From assembly GCA_032718475.1 (NCBI GenBank), contig JAUCBJ010006710.1:1-64000 (forward strand): 64,000 nt of DNA, in the 5' to 3' direction. The DNA comes from Nemertoderma westbladi (Eukaryota > Animalia > Xenacoelomorpha). Shown here in pieces: positions 63,501 to 64,000 of this stretch; positions within the stretch are counted from its first letter, which is position 1; the number at the start of each line of letters is the position of its first letter. Under the pieces are notes generated by a model. That model saw only the letters and a list, made by a program, of their open reading frames with translations, was not told the DNA's origin and ran no database searches. The translations under genes and the position numbers were made by a program.

Positions 63501-64000
63501 GGACATCTTGAGGACGGTGAATCTACCTCATCATGGTGATCACGCCGAAGTTTTAAAGAGCGTAATAAGACGTCTAAACATGCGTTACCGACAGAAATGG
63601 CGCAAATTAGAGAATAAGTTGGAGGGCCAAGGTAAAGTATTGACACTTCAGCATATTCATGACATGATAGCCACAGACGCAGTAGCAGAGATGAAATCAA
63701 ACTTCTCAGAAGAGAATATGAGGGAGTCTAAACCTGTTACCGGTAAGTCTATGGTAAGTTTTGACGATGACAGGACCACTGTGACATTTAACTCAGTAGA
63801 CAGATATAATTCGAGTACCCCAGCCTTTAGATCAGACTCGCGAGTATGGTCAGGTGAGCGGTTAGATAGACCTAGGTTAAAGCAACAGGAGTTGCTGGAT
63901 GGATTTGTAGGTTGCCAATACTGTTTACTAAAGGAGGTAAGATCTGACGACCATAAGTTAGATAGTTGCAGACGGTTCAAAGAATTAAATTCGGAACAGA
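60567..64000 (+). pseudogene. gag: Element D Bel/Pao Gag (frameshift near 62830; runs off the window)
   Basis: E/R tandem coiled coil; the shifted frame gives KFMGNHKHWRTF..EKFNYLLQML..LSDIYGN and CQYC...H...C. Confidence 0.85.

Overview
Repeat-dense animal genomic DNA; the species cannot be determined. Positions 1-15 kb hold the last three small exons of a host gene (2201-2394, 7891-8042, 14555-14604, not called correctly by the ORF track), whose introns are filled with decayed non-LTR retrotransposons. Two fold-back elements, a minisatellite and a truncated 2A/PHD/APE LINE follow. From 20.3 kb onward is a nest of four Bel/Pao LTR retrotransposons. A (+, 20332-54016) contains B (-, 29810-43949, TCTAG TSD) and a piggyBac-like MITE. 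A itself abuts a pol remnant of C (3' LTR 57813-58394), and the gag of D runs off the window end. The main finding is that A, B and C are highly divergent, yet each carries a homologous extra ORF between pol and the 3' LTR. It encodes a DEDDy-type 3'-5' exonuclease-like domain plus three C-terminal Zn knuckles and is not Env-like. Element B also has six covarying kink-turn/UUCG hairpins in its LTR. Neither A nor B has a tRNA PBS; both show LTR-complementary sequence at that position, suggesting self-priming. All assignments come from reading motifs by eye, with no database searches.
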